Source of the DNA: Octopus vulgaris
Lineage: Eukaryota
DNA: 64,000 nt
Direction: 5' to 3'
Assembly: GCA_951406725.2 (NCBI GenBank)
Contig: OX597814.1
Location: forward strand, 111,910,001 to 111,974,000
The position numbers and the translations under genes were made by a program. This document shows positions 12,810 through 26,456 of the stretch, one piece after another; the stretch's first letter is position 1; the number at the start of each line of letters is the position of its first letter. The notes under the pieces were generated by a model. The model saw only the letters and a list, made by a program, of their open reading frames with translations. It did not search any database and had not been told where the DNA came from.

Positions 12810-13811
12810 AGAAATACTTAAGAACGACAAATCCCCTTTCCTCGCTATGTCGGTGGTGACAAGTACAGAAGACCAAAAGGACTGCAAACCAAACCCACAA
12901 ATAAAACGCCAAAAATTGAAAAAGGTCGAAGAGCGAGCCAGCCGTGTGTTACTAAGACAACATATAAACCAGCACCGCTGATCGAAGCTCATGCAATCAA
13001 AATCAATAGATAAAATAGAGGACTCGATCAAAGGAGATGTAATAAATATTAACAAGATTTTCATCTCCAAAGATGAGGTTAATAGCCAGGAAATTTCTAA
13101 TTTTACCTCGTGTTGTTGTTATTGCCGATGCTAAACACTTGGTCAGCTTTGATCCAGCAGTCCTGTGATCAAACACGTTCCAACCGAGACAACATTCATG
13201 GCATTTTTTTTAATGTCAGACACATAATATCTAAGACTATATTAACCAACGTATACTTCTATTTTTTAAGAGCTAGGATATGTCTTAGTGGAGGTTTGGC
13301 TTCTAGTTCTAGCAGATCGAGTGATTGCTCAAAATCTCCACTGGGTTTCGTTTTTGCATGTTACCCATCAAATGATTACCAGAGATGAGTCACTGAGAGT
13401 TTAAACTGACGATGATGGAGACATTTAACAGTTGTTTCAGTTCTGGACTGACTTAAACAGAAGGATGAAGCCTGACATAATTTCTATTCTCGACAGATGC
13501 TATTTAACTCTATTAAAGATATCTATTCTTAAAAGTCCTTATTTTCAGCGCTATCGGGAGGTGACAACGGGTGTGGAGAGTCACACACACCTGCCAGGAT
13601 GTGGCCAGTATCTTTTATCTTTCACTTGTTTCAGTCATTAGACTGATGGAGCAGCACTTTCAAGAACATTTTGCCAACCGAATCGACTCCAGTACTTTTT
13701 TTGTTTTAAACCCAGCACTTATTCTATTGGTGTCTTTTGCCGAACCGCAAAGTTATGGGGACGTAAAGGCACTAACACCGATTGTTATGTTTATATATAT
13801 ACATACATACA

Positions 13812-13847
<36 letters not shown>

Positions 13848-13890
13848 TATATATATGAGTGTGTGTGTGTGTGTGTGCGTGCGTGTGCGT

Positions 13891-13948
<58 letters not shown>

Positions 13949-14016
13949 GTGTTTGTGGACTGTTGGCAATTTTTTTCCTATTTCTTCCTTTTTCTTTGGA
14001 CTTCCCTATGTTTCCT

Positions 14017-14054
14017 GTTTCCGAAGAAGAGCTATGCTCGAAACGTAAAAAAAC
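14017..14054 (+). ncRNA. Minimal hammerhead-like motif (U4C core variant) in Penelope-like fragment ~13960-14150
   Basis: GTTT-CCGAAGA-A-GAGC tat GCTC-GAAA-CG-TA-AAA; the element ends at (TA)n. Confidence 0.55.
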
Positions 14055-14417
14055 CACTCTTTTCCTTCTCTGAGCGTATTATTAATACTTTGCATGTGCT
14101 AGGTCCTCATGTTATTTCTTCTTGTCTTTTTTCCGTTTCTTGAATTATATATATATTCTTTTCTTCTTTTCTTCTTTTACTTGTTTCAGTCATTTGACTG
14201 TGGTCATGCTGGAGCACCGCCTTTAGTCGAGAAAATCGACCCTAAGATTTATTCTTTGTAAGCCTAGTACTTATTCTATCCGACTCTTTTTGCCGAACCG
14301 CAAAGTTACGGGTACGTAAACACACAAGAATCGGTTGTCAAGCGATGTTGGGTAGACAAACACAGACACACAAATATATACACGCATATGCATATATATA
14401 TATATATATATATATAT

Positions 14418-14641
14418 ACAAACTGGGACAAGAACGCAAAACATTTAGAAGACGATACAAAAAACACGGACGGGACATTCGAAGCCTTCAATCTTCAGTC
14501 AAGAACCGGATCATCCTCGCAATTTCTCAGCCGAAATTGCGAGGATGATCCGGTTCTTGACTGAAGATTGAAGGCTTCGAATGTCCCGTCCGTGTTTTTT
14601 GTATCGTCTTCTAAATGTTTTGCGTTCTTGTCCCAGTTTGT
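14418..14641. mobile_element. Perfect 109-bp-arm foldback inserted in (TA)n (Penelope-like inverted fragment)
   Basis: 14418-14526 is the reverse complement of 14533-14641 with a 6-nt spacer TCAGCC. A single diverged homologue lies at ~18485-18668. Confidence 0.85.
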
Positions 14642-15108
14642 GTTTTTTTATATATATATATATGGCGGCGCCCGTACCCCTTTTGCTCTTATATATATAT
14701 ATGACGGGCTTGATAACTGATGTTAGTGTGTTTACGTCCTCGTAACCTGGCGCTTCGGCAGAAGAGGCCGATAGAATATGCACCAGGCTTACAAAGAATA
14801 AATCCAGAGGGTCGATCCTTTCGATTAAAAGATGATGCTCCAGCATGGCGGCAGTCAAACGACTGAAACAAGTAAAAGAATAAGAGGAGTATACTCAGAC
14901 GGCGCGCCGGCCGAATCGTTAGCACGCCAGGCAAAATGTGTAGTTGCCATTCGTCCGTCTGAGTTCAAATTCTACTTATGTCAATTTTTACCTTTTACCT
15001 TCACGAGGTCTATAAAATGAGTACCAGTTGAGCACAAGGATCAATGTAATTGATTATCTCCCTCCCTCTAAATTGCTGGCCTTGTGCCAAAATTTGAAAA
15101 CAGTATTA

Positions 15109-15314
15109 TAGTAATCCCTGGCCATATCCTCGTTCACATATCGCGCACTCAGTACATCGCGGATTTTTCTGGCTAATATTTGTAAATATATATCGCGGAC
15201 TCTTCGGTATATCGCGTGTTTCCTCGGCCAATAGGTGTTTATATTCTTTTACATGTTAATTATTCTTGTAGGAGATTTTGGAACGTAACACCCTCAATAG
15301 TCGAGGGATTACCG
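15109..15314. mobile_element. pogo/Tigger-type MITE
   Basis: TIRs TAGTAATCCCT... / ...AGGGATTACCG flanked by TA target duplications; internal ATCGCG subterminal repeats. Confidence 0.75.
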
Positions 15315-15382
15315 TATATATCAGGTTATTAAGACGAAATGATTGACTAAACATAGTTATGGCCATGCACAAAACATCCATA

Positions 15383-15601
15383 CGAGGAGGTGATGAAAAG
15401 TTCCTGGCTTTGGTCAAAAAAATATACAGGAGGATCAGTTGGTTATGATTTTAGTCAACATATTCCTCGCACACATTCACACACTTATTGCAGAGGTCCT
15501 TAATTTTTTTCTAAGCCCTGTAAAAGAGCTCCAAAGTTTGGGCCTCCAACCAAGCCTTTCTCGATTCTCATAAAACCAAGAACTTTTCAGCACTCTCCTC
15601 A
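15383..15601. mobile_element. mariner-type MITE
   Basis: TIRs CGAGGAGGTGATGAAAAGTTCCTGGCTTT / AAACCAAGAACTTTTCAGCACTCTCCTCA flanked by TA. Confidence 0.75.
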
Positions 15602-15970
15602 TATAGTTCAGCTGAAATCTACTGCAAGCCTACTGTAAAACTACTGCAAATCTACTGCACTATTTTAATTGGAACTCTGAGCTGTTCTACACTATTTCAT
15701 CAATCTGTTACTAATCGCTACCGACCAAAATTTCTCCGAAAATTCTTCAGTATTACTTCTAACGCAGAGCAAGCAGCAGGAGACCATTTTAGTGTATTCT
15801 TTCTTACGCAAACCCAGTAAACGCCACATCTACAAAAATATCCGGAACCAATTTTCGTCACCTCGGTGATTGACATTATTAGTATATAATATTTAATACC
15901 TCTCTGCAGTTTTCAATACTTGAATTTCATTTCTGAGAAAATATCAACCATATGGGAATCAAATACGTAT

Positions 15971-16068
<98 letters not shown>

Positions 16069-16168
16069 ACACACACACTCACTCATACACATATGTATAT
16101 TTGCATACACATGTAAAACAGACAAGAAATAAATTGGTAATTTTAGAATATATACATGTATGTGCTTA

Positions 16169-16210
<42 letters not shown>

Positions 16211-16241
16211 ATAGGTACATTTATATATGCATACATATGCA

Positions 16242-16285
<44 letters not shown>

Positions 16286-16449
16286 CATGCACACATGACA
16301 CAGTAAACCGTTGACAACATTTTCAGATTAAAAATTTGTTGTCCATAATCCATATTGAGTACCCCAGGGGGAAAATATTATTTCAAATTTCAGTTTTGTG
16401 CAACGCTTCTATTCTCATACTCTTAGCTACATACATACATACATACATA

Positions 16450-16541
<92 letters not shown>

Positions 16542-16682
16542 CATGTGTATGTGCAGGTGCATATATCAGTGTATGAGTGTAATGAATGTAATTACACACA
16601 CACAGACATACACTTACACACACATACACATAATATGCGTGTCTACGTACATGTATGTATATAGATATATACATTTATATAT

Positions 16683-16713
<31 letters not shown>

Positions 16714-16767
16714 CCTATATTCCTTAAAGTGTGAGTTTACAAATATAGCTTTAATTTATATGGCTGT

Positions 16768-16849
<82 letters not shown>

Positions 16850-17588
16850 CATATATATATACATATGCATATATATATGCATATATATACGCATATATAT
16901 ATATACATACACATATATACATACGTACATACATATTTATATATATACACATATAAATACATATACATACATACATACATATATATATATATACACACGC
17001 ATATAAGTATATGTATATATATATATATATGTATATATACACTTATATGGATATTCCTTAAAGTGTATTCACACAATTTACACACACAGAACTAACCAAA
17101 CTAAATTTACCGTGACTATTCTTGGTCCAAATAAAAAAAAGAAGAGGGCGTCGGTCTTTTTTTCTAGTTTTTTTCTTTTCTATTTTCTTTTTATTTTATG
17201 TTTCAATTAAATCGCAGAAGTGTGATAAATCTTGTAGAATTCCAAGTTTGATGACTTGTTTTGGTTTCCACGACTGGGACATCGTAACCAAATCATCGTA
17301 GAATTTAATATAACCAACTGCCGACAAGTGCACCCCTCCCACACAGAATCATACACATAACATGCATATGCATGCATACATAGAGAGAATATCGAAAAAG
17401 AAACCGCTGCTTTAGCAATTGTTATCAGTCGTATTTATCGTAATAATACAAGATTGATTAGAATTTGGGCTGTTATTGTAATTCAATATTTGTGATGTAT
17501 ATTACTATGCGCTTCTGTTATTGTTTTGACTTCTAAACGATATATATATATATATATATACATACGTATATGTACATACTTACTTCTG

Positions 17589-17640
<52 letters not shown>

Positions 17641-17684
17641 AAACATAAATATATATATATACGTATATGTACATATTTACATCT

Positions 17685-17725
<41 letters not shown>

Positions 17726-17732
17726 TATATAT

Positions 17733-18030
17733 TGCATATGTGAGCACAGGACGTCACGAAACGCGTACAACAAAAAAGTACGAAGCACGAGTACATGGAA
17801 CATGAACTATTTCTTCTAACAACGAAAGACACAAATAGAAAACGCGACAAAAGACGTAAAGAACGACCCTTCATCAGTCGCTGGCTGTTTTTCTACTCTC
17901 GTACTTCAAGCATTTAACAGCAATATACGTTTCCATTCGTGTCTTTCGATGTTCGAAAAAATAGTTCATATCCCATGCACTCGTACTTTGTATTTTTTTG
18001 TTGTACGCATTTCATGTGCCCATATATGCA
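17733..18030. mobile_element. Older head-to-head inverted Penelope-like fragment between (TA)n tracts
   Basis: 17733-17805 is a diverged reverse complement of ~17963-18030. The family is shared with 27520-27670 and 45135-45720 (GAACGACCCTTCATCAG / CCCCTTCTTCAG motif). Confidence 0.6.
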
Positions 18031-18034
18031 TATA

Positions 18035-18085
<51 letters not shown>

Positions 18086-18169
18086 GTTTAAAGGTATGTA
18101 CGTAGACGTATGTAAATATCAATATATATATATACGTATAGATGTATGTACATATACATATGTATATAT

Positions 18170-18224
<55 letters not shown>

Positions 18225-18227
18225 GGA

Positions 18228-18347
18228 ATGCTTACAGCACCTAGGTTTCCCAAGCGGTCACCCATCTAAGTACTAACTAGGCTCGATGTTGCTTAACTTC
18301 GGTGATCGGACAGGAACCGGTGCTTTCAATATGATATGGCTGTCCGA
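18228..18347 (-). rRNA. 5S rRNA copy (dispersed, probably a pseudogene)
   Basis: Minus strand ...ACAGCCATATCATATTGAAAGCACCGGTTCCTGTCCGATCACCGAAGTTAAGCAACATCGAGCCTAGTTAGTACTTAGATGGGTGACCGCTTGGGAAACCTAGGTGCTGTAAGCAT is a full-length (~120 nt) metazoan 5S with boxes A and C. The 5' end is mismatched to the 3' end and there is no T4 terminator. Confidence 0.92.
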
Positions 18348-18440
18348 TGGCCGGATAACTGAAGAGATGGCGGCGTGGATTTCCACCTCGGCATCCGAAA
18401 CCCGGAGTTTTATCATGGGTACCGAATAATTGTCACATAT

Positions 18441-18487
<47 letters not shown>

Positions 18488-18751
18488 AAATACAAAATGG
18501 GACAAGAATGCAAAACATCCGGACAACTAGATGATACAAAAAGGGACAGCAAAACATCCAGGTAGACGATACCAAAAAAAAAAAACAAGGGCGGGTTATT
18601 CGAAGCCTTTTATCGTCAGTCAAGAACCAGATCATCTTCGCAATTTCGGCTGATTAATCTTGAGATTGGTCCCATTTTCTCTATCTGGAATGAGGACCCA
18701 GTACTGTAATAACTTAGGTTCCAAGGATCCACAACGTGGATACACACAGAA

Positions 18752-18827
<76 letters not shown>

Positions 18828-20374
18828 GAAGGGCTTCTTTCAGTTTCCGTCTGCCAAATCCCCTCATAGGGATTTGGTCGATCCAAGGTGCCACGCATTA
18901 GGTTCGAACCCGGAACTATGTGGTTGGGAAGCAAACTTCTTAGTACACAACTACGCGACATTTGTTTCTTGATTCGGATGGCCTCTCTGATTATTAAATT
19001 GTAGCAAGTTTTTTTTTTAACCTCGACTATCAATATTGTACGTGTACTCAGCGAATGTCTTGATATACGGAGGAGGTTTAATAAGGTCGAAATTTATCCA
19101 GAGTTGTCTATCTTACTCTCTGAAATGATTAATAAAAATTATATTAGTCACAGAGCAAGTATTGTCTTTTCCTTGCCATGAAATTATTTGTTATTAGAAT
19201 TCCCATGTTCCCTGTATTTAAAGTGTGAATATTAACTTCACATCTACGTAAGGCCTGTGTGATTAAAAGTCGTGCGAGGTTGTTCTAGTATTTGTATTTA
19301 AACAAAATATAATAACAAAACTATAATAAATTGATTTTTTTCTTCTGGCTTCAATTATTATAAAATGTATGAGTGGCAAAGGAGTGGAGTGGGCGTAAGA
19401 GTAGTGAGGGAGTGAAAGGGGGAGGAGAAGATTAAGTGTGCCATATATTGTTCCGTTTGTTGACATGTATTTTCTATTTGAGCTTCGCCTCTATATCTTC
19501 CTCTATATCAACACAAATCTATCTTAATGTCCCTTCATGTTGACCCCTGCCGTCAAGAGAGATAACTAGGGAATTGCCTACTTCAGCGACGCTATTGACC
19601 TGGCTTTGTTATATTAAACATAGCAAGTCACTTCTGCTCTTTCTCCTCCACCTTCACTCTGCCCCTCCCGCTCTTCCTCTGCCCCTCTTTAGTCACTTCA
19701 CACCCTTTAGTTACGTTATTTAACTTTTCTATATATATATATATTTTTTTTTTCTTTAGTCCATTCAGACTCTTCAACTGTACAATATTGTCAGATATTT
19801 TTTTTTATATTTTTCAATTTTTCAATTCATATCTTTAATAGAAAAACGCAAGAGACGAGGAAAAAGAGAAAGAGATAGTGAGCCTGAAAGAGAGAGAACG
19901 GACAGAAGATAAAGATGGCGACATTTCTTATAAGAAAAAAAACAAAACAAACGGATGTCAACGTTAACAGGACAAGAGTCTGCATTAACAGCTCTATAAA
20001 CCTGTTAAGTAGGAAACTTTACGCTTGAAAACATTACAAATGAATTTGTAATCACATGGCATATGTCCTCCTCCCCCTCCCCCTCCCCCTCTCTCTTTCT
20101 TTGATAGCTGTGTTTTTTCTTTACATCTCTTATCTTGGAAATACATCTTTTAATTGTTTCACTCACTGGACATCGGCCATGCTGGGGCACCACCTTGAAG
20201 AGTTTTAGTCGAACAACTCGGCTCTGGTACTTATTTTCTTTCCAAGGGCTGGTAAACTCATTCTATCGATATCTGTTGTCGACCCACTAGGTTACGGGAG
20301 CGCAAACTTATTAACAGCAGTTGTCGAGCGGTGGGGAATGAGAAACTCAAATGCGTGCACACATTTTAAATATA

Positions 20375-20600
20375 TTCTTTTATTCTTTTACTTGTTTCAG
20401 TCATTTGACTGCGGCCATGCTGGAGCACCGCCTTTGGTCGAACAAATCGACTACAGGACTTATTCTTTGTAAGCCTAGTACTTATTCTATCGGGTTTTCT
20501 TTTGCCGAACCGCCAAGTTATGGGGACGTAAACATACCCCCATCGGTTGGCAAGCGATGTTGGGGAGACAAACACAGACACACAAACATACACACACACA

Positions 20601-20672
<72 letters not shown>

Positions 20673-20841
20673 CATATATACGACGGGCTTCTTTCAGTTT
20701 CCGTCTACCAAATCCACTCATAAGGCTTTGGTCGGCCCGAGGCTATAGTAGAAGACACTTGCCCAGGGTGCCACGCAGTGGGAATGAACCCAGAACCATG
20801 TGGGTGGTAAACAAGCTGGTTACCACACAGCCACTCCTGCG
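20375..20841 (-). mobile_element. SINE family A, full-length; tail partially re-duplicated at 20852-20958
   Basis: All head, body and tail motifs present with an internal TA microsatellite. Confidence 0.88.
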
Positions 20842-20959
20842 TCTTACATTATAAATATATTCTTTTATTCTTTTACTTGTTTCAGTCATTTGACTGCGGC
20901 CATGCTGGAGCACCGCCTTTGGTCGAACAAATCGACCCCAGGACTTATTCTTTGTAAAC

Positions 20960-21230
20960 TGGTGTTTAGCTTTTACGATATAATCACTTTGGAATTGCTG
21001 CATCCAACCAAGAGGATTGCTTTCAAATGTTCATCAGTCAACCTCGTTCCATGTGCTGACTTCACATTCTTTGTTTTTGAAAATATTTGCTGACAGACAA
21101 AAGTTGTTCCAAACACTGATGCCATACCAGAGGCAAATGAACTCTCATTGCAGGTATTTACACAAAAGGTACATTACGGCGACGGACTGGATGAACTGAC
21201 CTCGCGAGCCGTAGTTTTGGTGACCCCTGG
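20960..21230 (-). mobile_element. Internally deleted hAT (Charlie-like) transposon relic
   Basis: Minus strand starts with TIR CAGGGGTCACCAAAACTACGGC and encodes FASGMASVFGTTFVCQQIFSKTKNVKSAHGTRLTDEHLKAILLV (~20990-21140), the hAT C-terminal dimerisation motif (FGxTYxCEQxFS...RLTDEHL). Confidence 0.8.
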
Positions 21231-22336
21231 GTTAAACGAACGAAAGCGCTATTAGGAATTATCCAAAATTCTGTCTCCTTTTTCTCAGTATATATACACT
21301 GTATACACACACGCACGCACCCATCACACACACATACACATATATACGACGCGCTTCTTTCAGTTTCCGTCTACCGGATTCACTCACAAAGCTTTGGTCG
21401 GCCCGAAGCTATAGTAGAAGACACTTGCTTAACGTGCCACATCGTAGGACTGAACTCTGAATCGTGTGGTTGGGAAGCAAACTTCTTACCACACTGCTGC
21501 GCCTACAAGATTTAATTTATTTTTGGCTCATTCTTAATAAAGTTTATTACTTTTAATTTTAATTCATTCACACTGGTTCTGGGAAACACCGTGCATGCAT
21601 ATATTACACTAATTTTTCAAATGTCCTGTTGCTTTTCTTTTTGTATTAGCGTTATTTTATACCATTTCATTTCCTTATTTTTTTTTACAAAGCCCATTAT
21701 ACAGTGCTACTGTTCATCAGATGCGCATGCGTATAAAGCATACATATCTTTGTGCCTCCGCTGACGATTATGTATGCAACATATGAAACGAAAGCTAAAA
21801 CTCTCAAAGTCTGTGGTCTCGTACGGATATTTATTATAATGTATGTACATATGATTTATGATGTTTTTAGTATATTTAGATGTTTAACACAATATACTCA
21901 CATGTATAAATATACACACACACACATACACACGCTTGTATGAACACATACACACGTTTATACGAACACATACACACACATACATGTATAATGCATGTAC
22001 AAAGCTATAAAATATTTTAAGGCGTGAGGGTTGGAGGGGACACATGTCAACTGATTCGCATTTCTCCTCTTCTACAAGCCCCACTCCTTATCCCTGCTTT
22101 ATGATGATCAGTGTTTGCTTTTCCTTTCCTCCTTCTGTCTGACACACCCGCCTCCTTTCGCGCTATTATTGCTTGTCAGAAGGTTTTGGTTACGCCACCC
22201 TGCCGTCTTTTAATGTGATATGTTTGTTTAGTTGATGGGTGCGGTGACTTGTTGGCTCGGGAGGAGGAGGAGGACAATCAACATTTCTGTAGCTAACATC
22301 GTATATCACATTGTTGATTATTTTTTTAATTATACA

Positions 22337-22388
<52 letters not shown>

Positions 22389-22403
22389 ATAATAATAATA
22401 ATA

Positions 22404-22436
<33 letters not shown>

Positions 22437-22483
22437 GCTATTCTTTTTATCATCATCATCATCATTACTCCTCCTCATCATCT

Positions 22484-22522
<39 letters not shown>

Positions 22523-22599
22523 CACTACCACCACTACTACTGCTACTACTACTAGTGATGTTGGTGTTGCTACTACTACTAGTGGTGATGGTGGTGTTG

Positions 22600-22671
<72 letters not shown>

Positions 22672-22674
22672 TAA

Positions 22675-23430
22675 AGGCGGCGAGCTAGCAGAATCGTTAG
22701 CGCGCCGGGAAAAATACTTAGCGACATTTTGTCCGTCTTCGCGTACTCAGTTCAAATTCCGCCGAGATTAACTTTGCTTTTCATTCTTTCAACGTCGGTA
22801 AAATAAGTACCAGTTGAGTACTGGGGATCGACGTAATCCACTTGCACTTTCCCCCTAAATTGTTGGCCTTGTGTCAAAATTTGAAGCCATTATTATATGG
22901 TAGAATCGTTAGCACGCCGGGCAAAATGCTTAGCGGTATTTCGTCTGCTGTTACGTTTTGAGTTGAAATTCCGCCGAGGTCGACTTTGGCTTTCATCCTT
23001 TCGGGGTCGATGTAATCGACTTAATCCGTTTGTCTGTCCTTGTTTGTCCCCTCTGTGTTTAGCCCCTTCTGGATGGTAAAGAAATAGGTATTTCGTCTGC
23101 CGCTACGTTCTGAGTTCAAATTCCGCCGAGGTTGACTTTGCCTTTCATTCTTTCGGGTTCGATTAAATAAGTACCAGTTACGCACTGGGGTCCATGTAAT
23201 CGACTTAATCCGTTTGTCTGTACTTGTTTGTCCTCTCTGTGTTTAGCCCCTTGTGGGTAATAAACAAATAGGTATTTCGCCCGTCACTACCTTTTCTGAG
23301 TTCAAATTCCGTCCAGGTCGACTTCGCCTTTCATCCTTTCGGTGGGGGTCAATAAATTAAGTACCAGTTGAATACTGGGGTCGACTTAACCCCTACCCCA
23401 ACATTATTGCCCATGTGGAAATATTTGAAA
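22675..23430 (+). mobile_element. tRNA-derived SINE family B (Meta-domain-like) cluster with internal tandem units
   Basis: Head GGCGGCGAGCTAGCAGAATCGTTAGC...GAGTTCAAATTCCGCC and central GCCTTTCATCCTTTCGGGGTCGAT..AAGTACCAG, repeated 4 times. Confidence 0.85.
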
Positions 23431-23537
23431 CCATTATTATGGTTATCGTTGTCATCATCATCATCACCACCACTATCATCATCATATCCACCACCACCAC
23501 CACCACCACCACCACCACCACCACCACCACACCACCG

Positions 23538-23592
<55 letters not shown>

Positions 23593-23858
23593 AACACTTT
23601 GTACAATTTTTGATATCTTGGCATCTGAACCAGCTGGAGATACAATAGTTTGACCAAAAGAACCGACTATTGCAAGCAAAACTAAATATTGAAAAATAAA
23701 CGCATTTGGCCAAATTTAGACATACGACAGTTTAATGTAATAGCAACGAAATATATATGTATATTAAAGGTATATTATGGTATAAAATAAGCAGCCGACA
23801 CTGCTTCATTACATAACGGCTACCTCTAATGAGCGCAGGGTTACATAATCGGACTATT

Positions 23859-23904
23859 ATCTAACACTCCGTTGAACCTCTAGTGTGAAACCGATTGGTA
23901 AGAT
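23859..23904 (+). ncRNA. Decayed hammerhead with the CUGANG core deleted
   Basis: ATCT-[A]-ACACT...AGTGT-GAAA-CC gatt GG-TA-AGAT: all three helices are present but the 5' core is missing; the element ends at (TA)n ~23945. Confidence 0.45.
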
Positions 23905-23960
23905 CGGCCATAGTGGATATATAATACTGTACACTTCAATTAATTATATATATATATATA

Positions 23961-24300
23961 TAAGGGTAAATACCCCCTTCGGTCATGAGTGACCATGGGT
24001 TTGCACCTAGAGAGTTACCCTCTGAGGCACAAGTCTGGGCAAGGTTGTTTTATGGAAGACCAGTAGTCGCCCATGCATACCGGCCTCCCCTCTCCACGCC
24101 ACCAGTGTTATCCAAGGGAAAGACAAAGGTCGATACAGCTTGGCACCTGTGACGTCGCAACTCATTTCTACAGCTGAGTGAACTGGAGCAACGTGAAATA
24201 AAGTGTCTTGCTCAAGAACACAACACGCAGCCCGGTCCGGGATTCGAGCTCACAACCTCACGATCGTAAGCTCGACGCTCTAACCACTGAGCCATGCGCC
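23961..24300 (-). mobile_element. tRNA-derived SINE family C (fragments also at ~34765-34900, 55820-55945, 56625-56765)
   Basis: Minus-strand head GGCGCATGGCTCAGTGGTTAGAGC (A box)...GCTCGAATCCC (B box), followed by GTGTTCTTGAGCAAGACACTT. Confidence 0.85.
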
Positions 24301-24552
24301 TATATATATGTATGCTTACAAGCATATACATATATGCGTGTGAGCCTTTGTGTTTGTCACCGACAGCATTGCTTGATAATCGGTGCTAGTTTGTTTACAT
24401 CTTCGTATCGTAGTGGTTCTTTAAGAAATACCCATAGAATAAACAGCAGATTTAAAATAAACCATCGGTTGAATTTGATCGACTAAGCACTTTATTTCGG
24501 TGCTCCAACATGGCGACAGTCCAATGACGGAAGCAACGAATAAAGAAAGGCA

Positions 24553-24640
<88 letters not shown>

Positions 24641-24850
24641 CATCCATCCATCAATCCTTCCATCCATCCATCTATCCATCTATTTATCTATCTGTCTGTC
24701 TGTCTATATATGTATCTATCTACGTTTGTATGTATCTATATATGTATGTATATATTTATGTGTGTGTGTGTCTCTGTGTGTGTAATTTTGTGTGCTTACA
24801 TATCCCCACAAACACATATAGTTGCACACGTCTCTATGCATATATATATA

Positions 24851-24886
<36 letters not shown>

Positions 24887-25584
24887 CGCGCGCGCGTGTA
24901 TGTGTAAATATGTGTATATACCATTTGAGATAACGTGCGGATGTGAATAAATTAACTCATGTACGTGTTACGTGTGAAGTGCATCTCACAAAATCCAAAG
25001 AGATACAACACACACCGCAGTTTCTCTATTTTTCAAAGAAATCCTAATCGCCAAGTAGGATCGCTAATAAGAAAATACATCATAATTACGACTTTGTGAC
25101 AATTTCTTCATCTTTAGCGATATACCTCATTTCGCAAACAACAAACCCCATGCAGTTTTTTTTAACTACTTCCGCCTATGGCATATACATGTGTTTCTAC
25201 ACCCACACAAATATACACACGTATATACATGCAGAAATCCAACCGTAATTAGCGATACGAAACACGTCTCACAATCACGCAGTCACTTACACCGAGTCGT
25301 CCACACACGCCGATGCATAATCATACGCACATGTACTATTTACACATGCAGTACAAGGTACTATTTACACGTGCAGTAAGCAGCGCTGTAAGAAGGGAAA
25401 TGAAGATACCGATATATGGCGACCGCATGCAGACATTAACGTCTTTAGGAAGCGCACATGCTCATGCGCTCGCGTACGCATAGTAATTAGACAACGCACA
25501 TAAATGTACGTACGCGCGCACATGCAGAGATAGGTATAGAAATCAGCTGTCAGAAACGGATGTTACCTATGAATAATGACACGG

Positions 25585-25633
<49 letters not shown>

Positions 25634-25643
25634 TATGTGTGTA

Positions 25644-26215
25644 TAGGCGCAGGAGTGGCTGTGTGGTAAGTAGCTTGCTTACCAATCACATGGTTCCGGA
25701 TTCAGTCCCACAGCGTGGCACATTGGGCAGATGTCTTCTACTATAGCCTCAGGTCGAACAAAGCCTTGTGAGTGAATTTGGTAGACGGAAACTGAAAGAA
25801 GCGCGTCGTATAATGACACTGTGTGTGTGTGTGTGTGTGTGTGTGTATTATGTGTGTATAGGCGCAGGCGTGGCTGTGTGGTAAGAAGCTTGCTTCCCAA
25901 CCACATGGTTCCGGATTCAGTCCCACAGCGTGGCAACTTGGGCAGATGTCTTCTACTATAGCCTCGGGCCGACCAAAGCCTTGTGAGTGGATTTGGTAGA
26001 CGGAAACTGAAAGAAGCCCGTCATGTGTGTGTGTGTGTTTGGGTGTTTGGATGTTTGTGTCTGTCCTCCTACCATCGCTTGGCAACCGATGGTGTGTTTA
26101 GGTACCCGTAACTTAGCGGTTCGGCAAAGAGACCAATAGAATATGTACCAGGCTTACTAAGGGTAAGTCCAGCATGGTCGCAGTCAAACGACAGAAACAA
26201 ATAAAAGGATAAAAG
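25644..26215 (+). mobile_element. Tandem SINE family A copies (head duplicated together with flank)
   Basis: GGCGCAGG(A/C)GTGGCTGTGTGGTAAG at ~25645 and ~25861; tail at ~26170-26215. Confidence 0.88.
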
Positions 26216-26389
26216 AATATATATATATATATATATATATACACATCACTATTTAAGGAAATATATTTATATATATATTCACATAATGTATATGGATACA
26301 TATACATTATATACGCACATACATACATCCATACATACATACATACATACATCCAGACAAACACTCACATACACACATACGCACGCATG

Positions 26390-26456
<67 letters not shown>

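Noticed and set aside
12845-13100. Weak resemblance to LINE ORF1/linker (GGTGAC..GAAGACCAAAA)
   Set aside because: Match too short to support by eye.
24225-24300. tRNA genes (also 34197-34270 and 41640-41711)
   Set aside because: A and B boxes are present but continue directly into SINE bodies with imperfect cloverleafs; these are tRNA-derived SINE heads.
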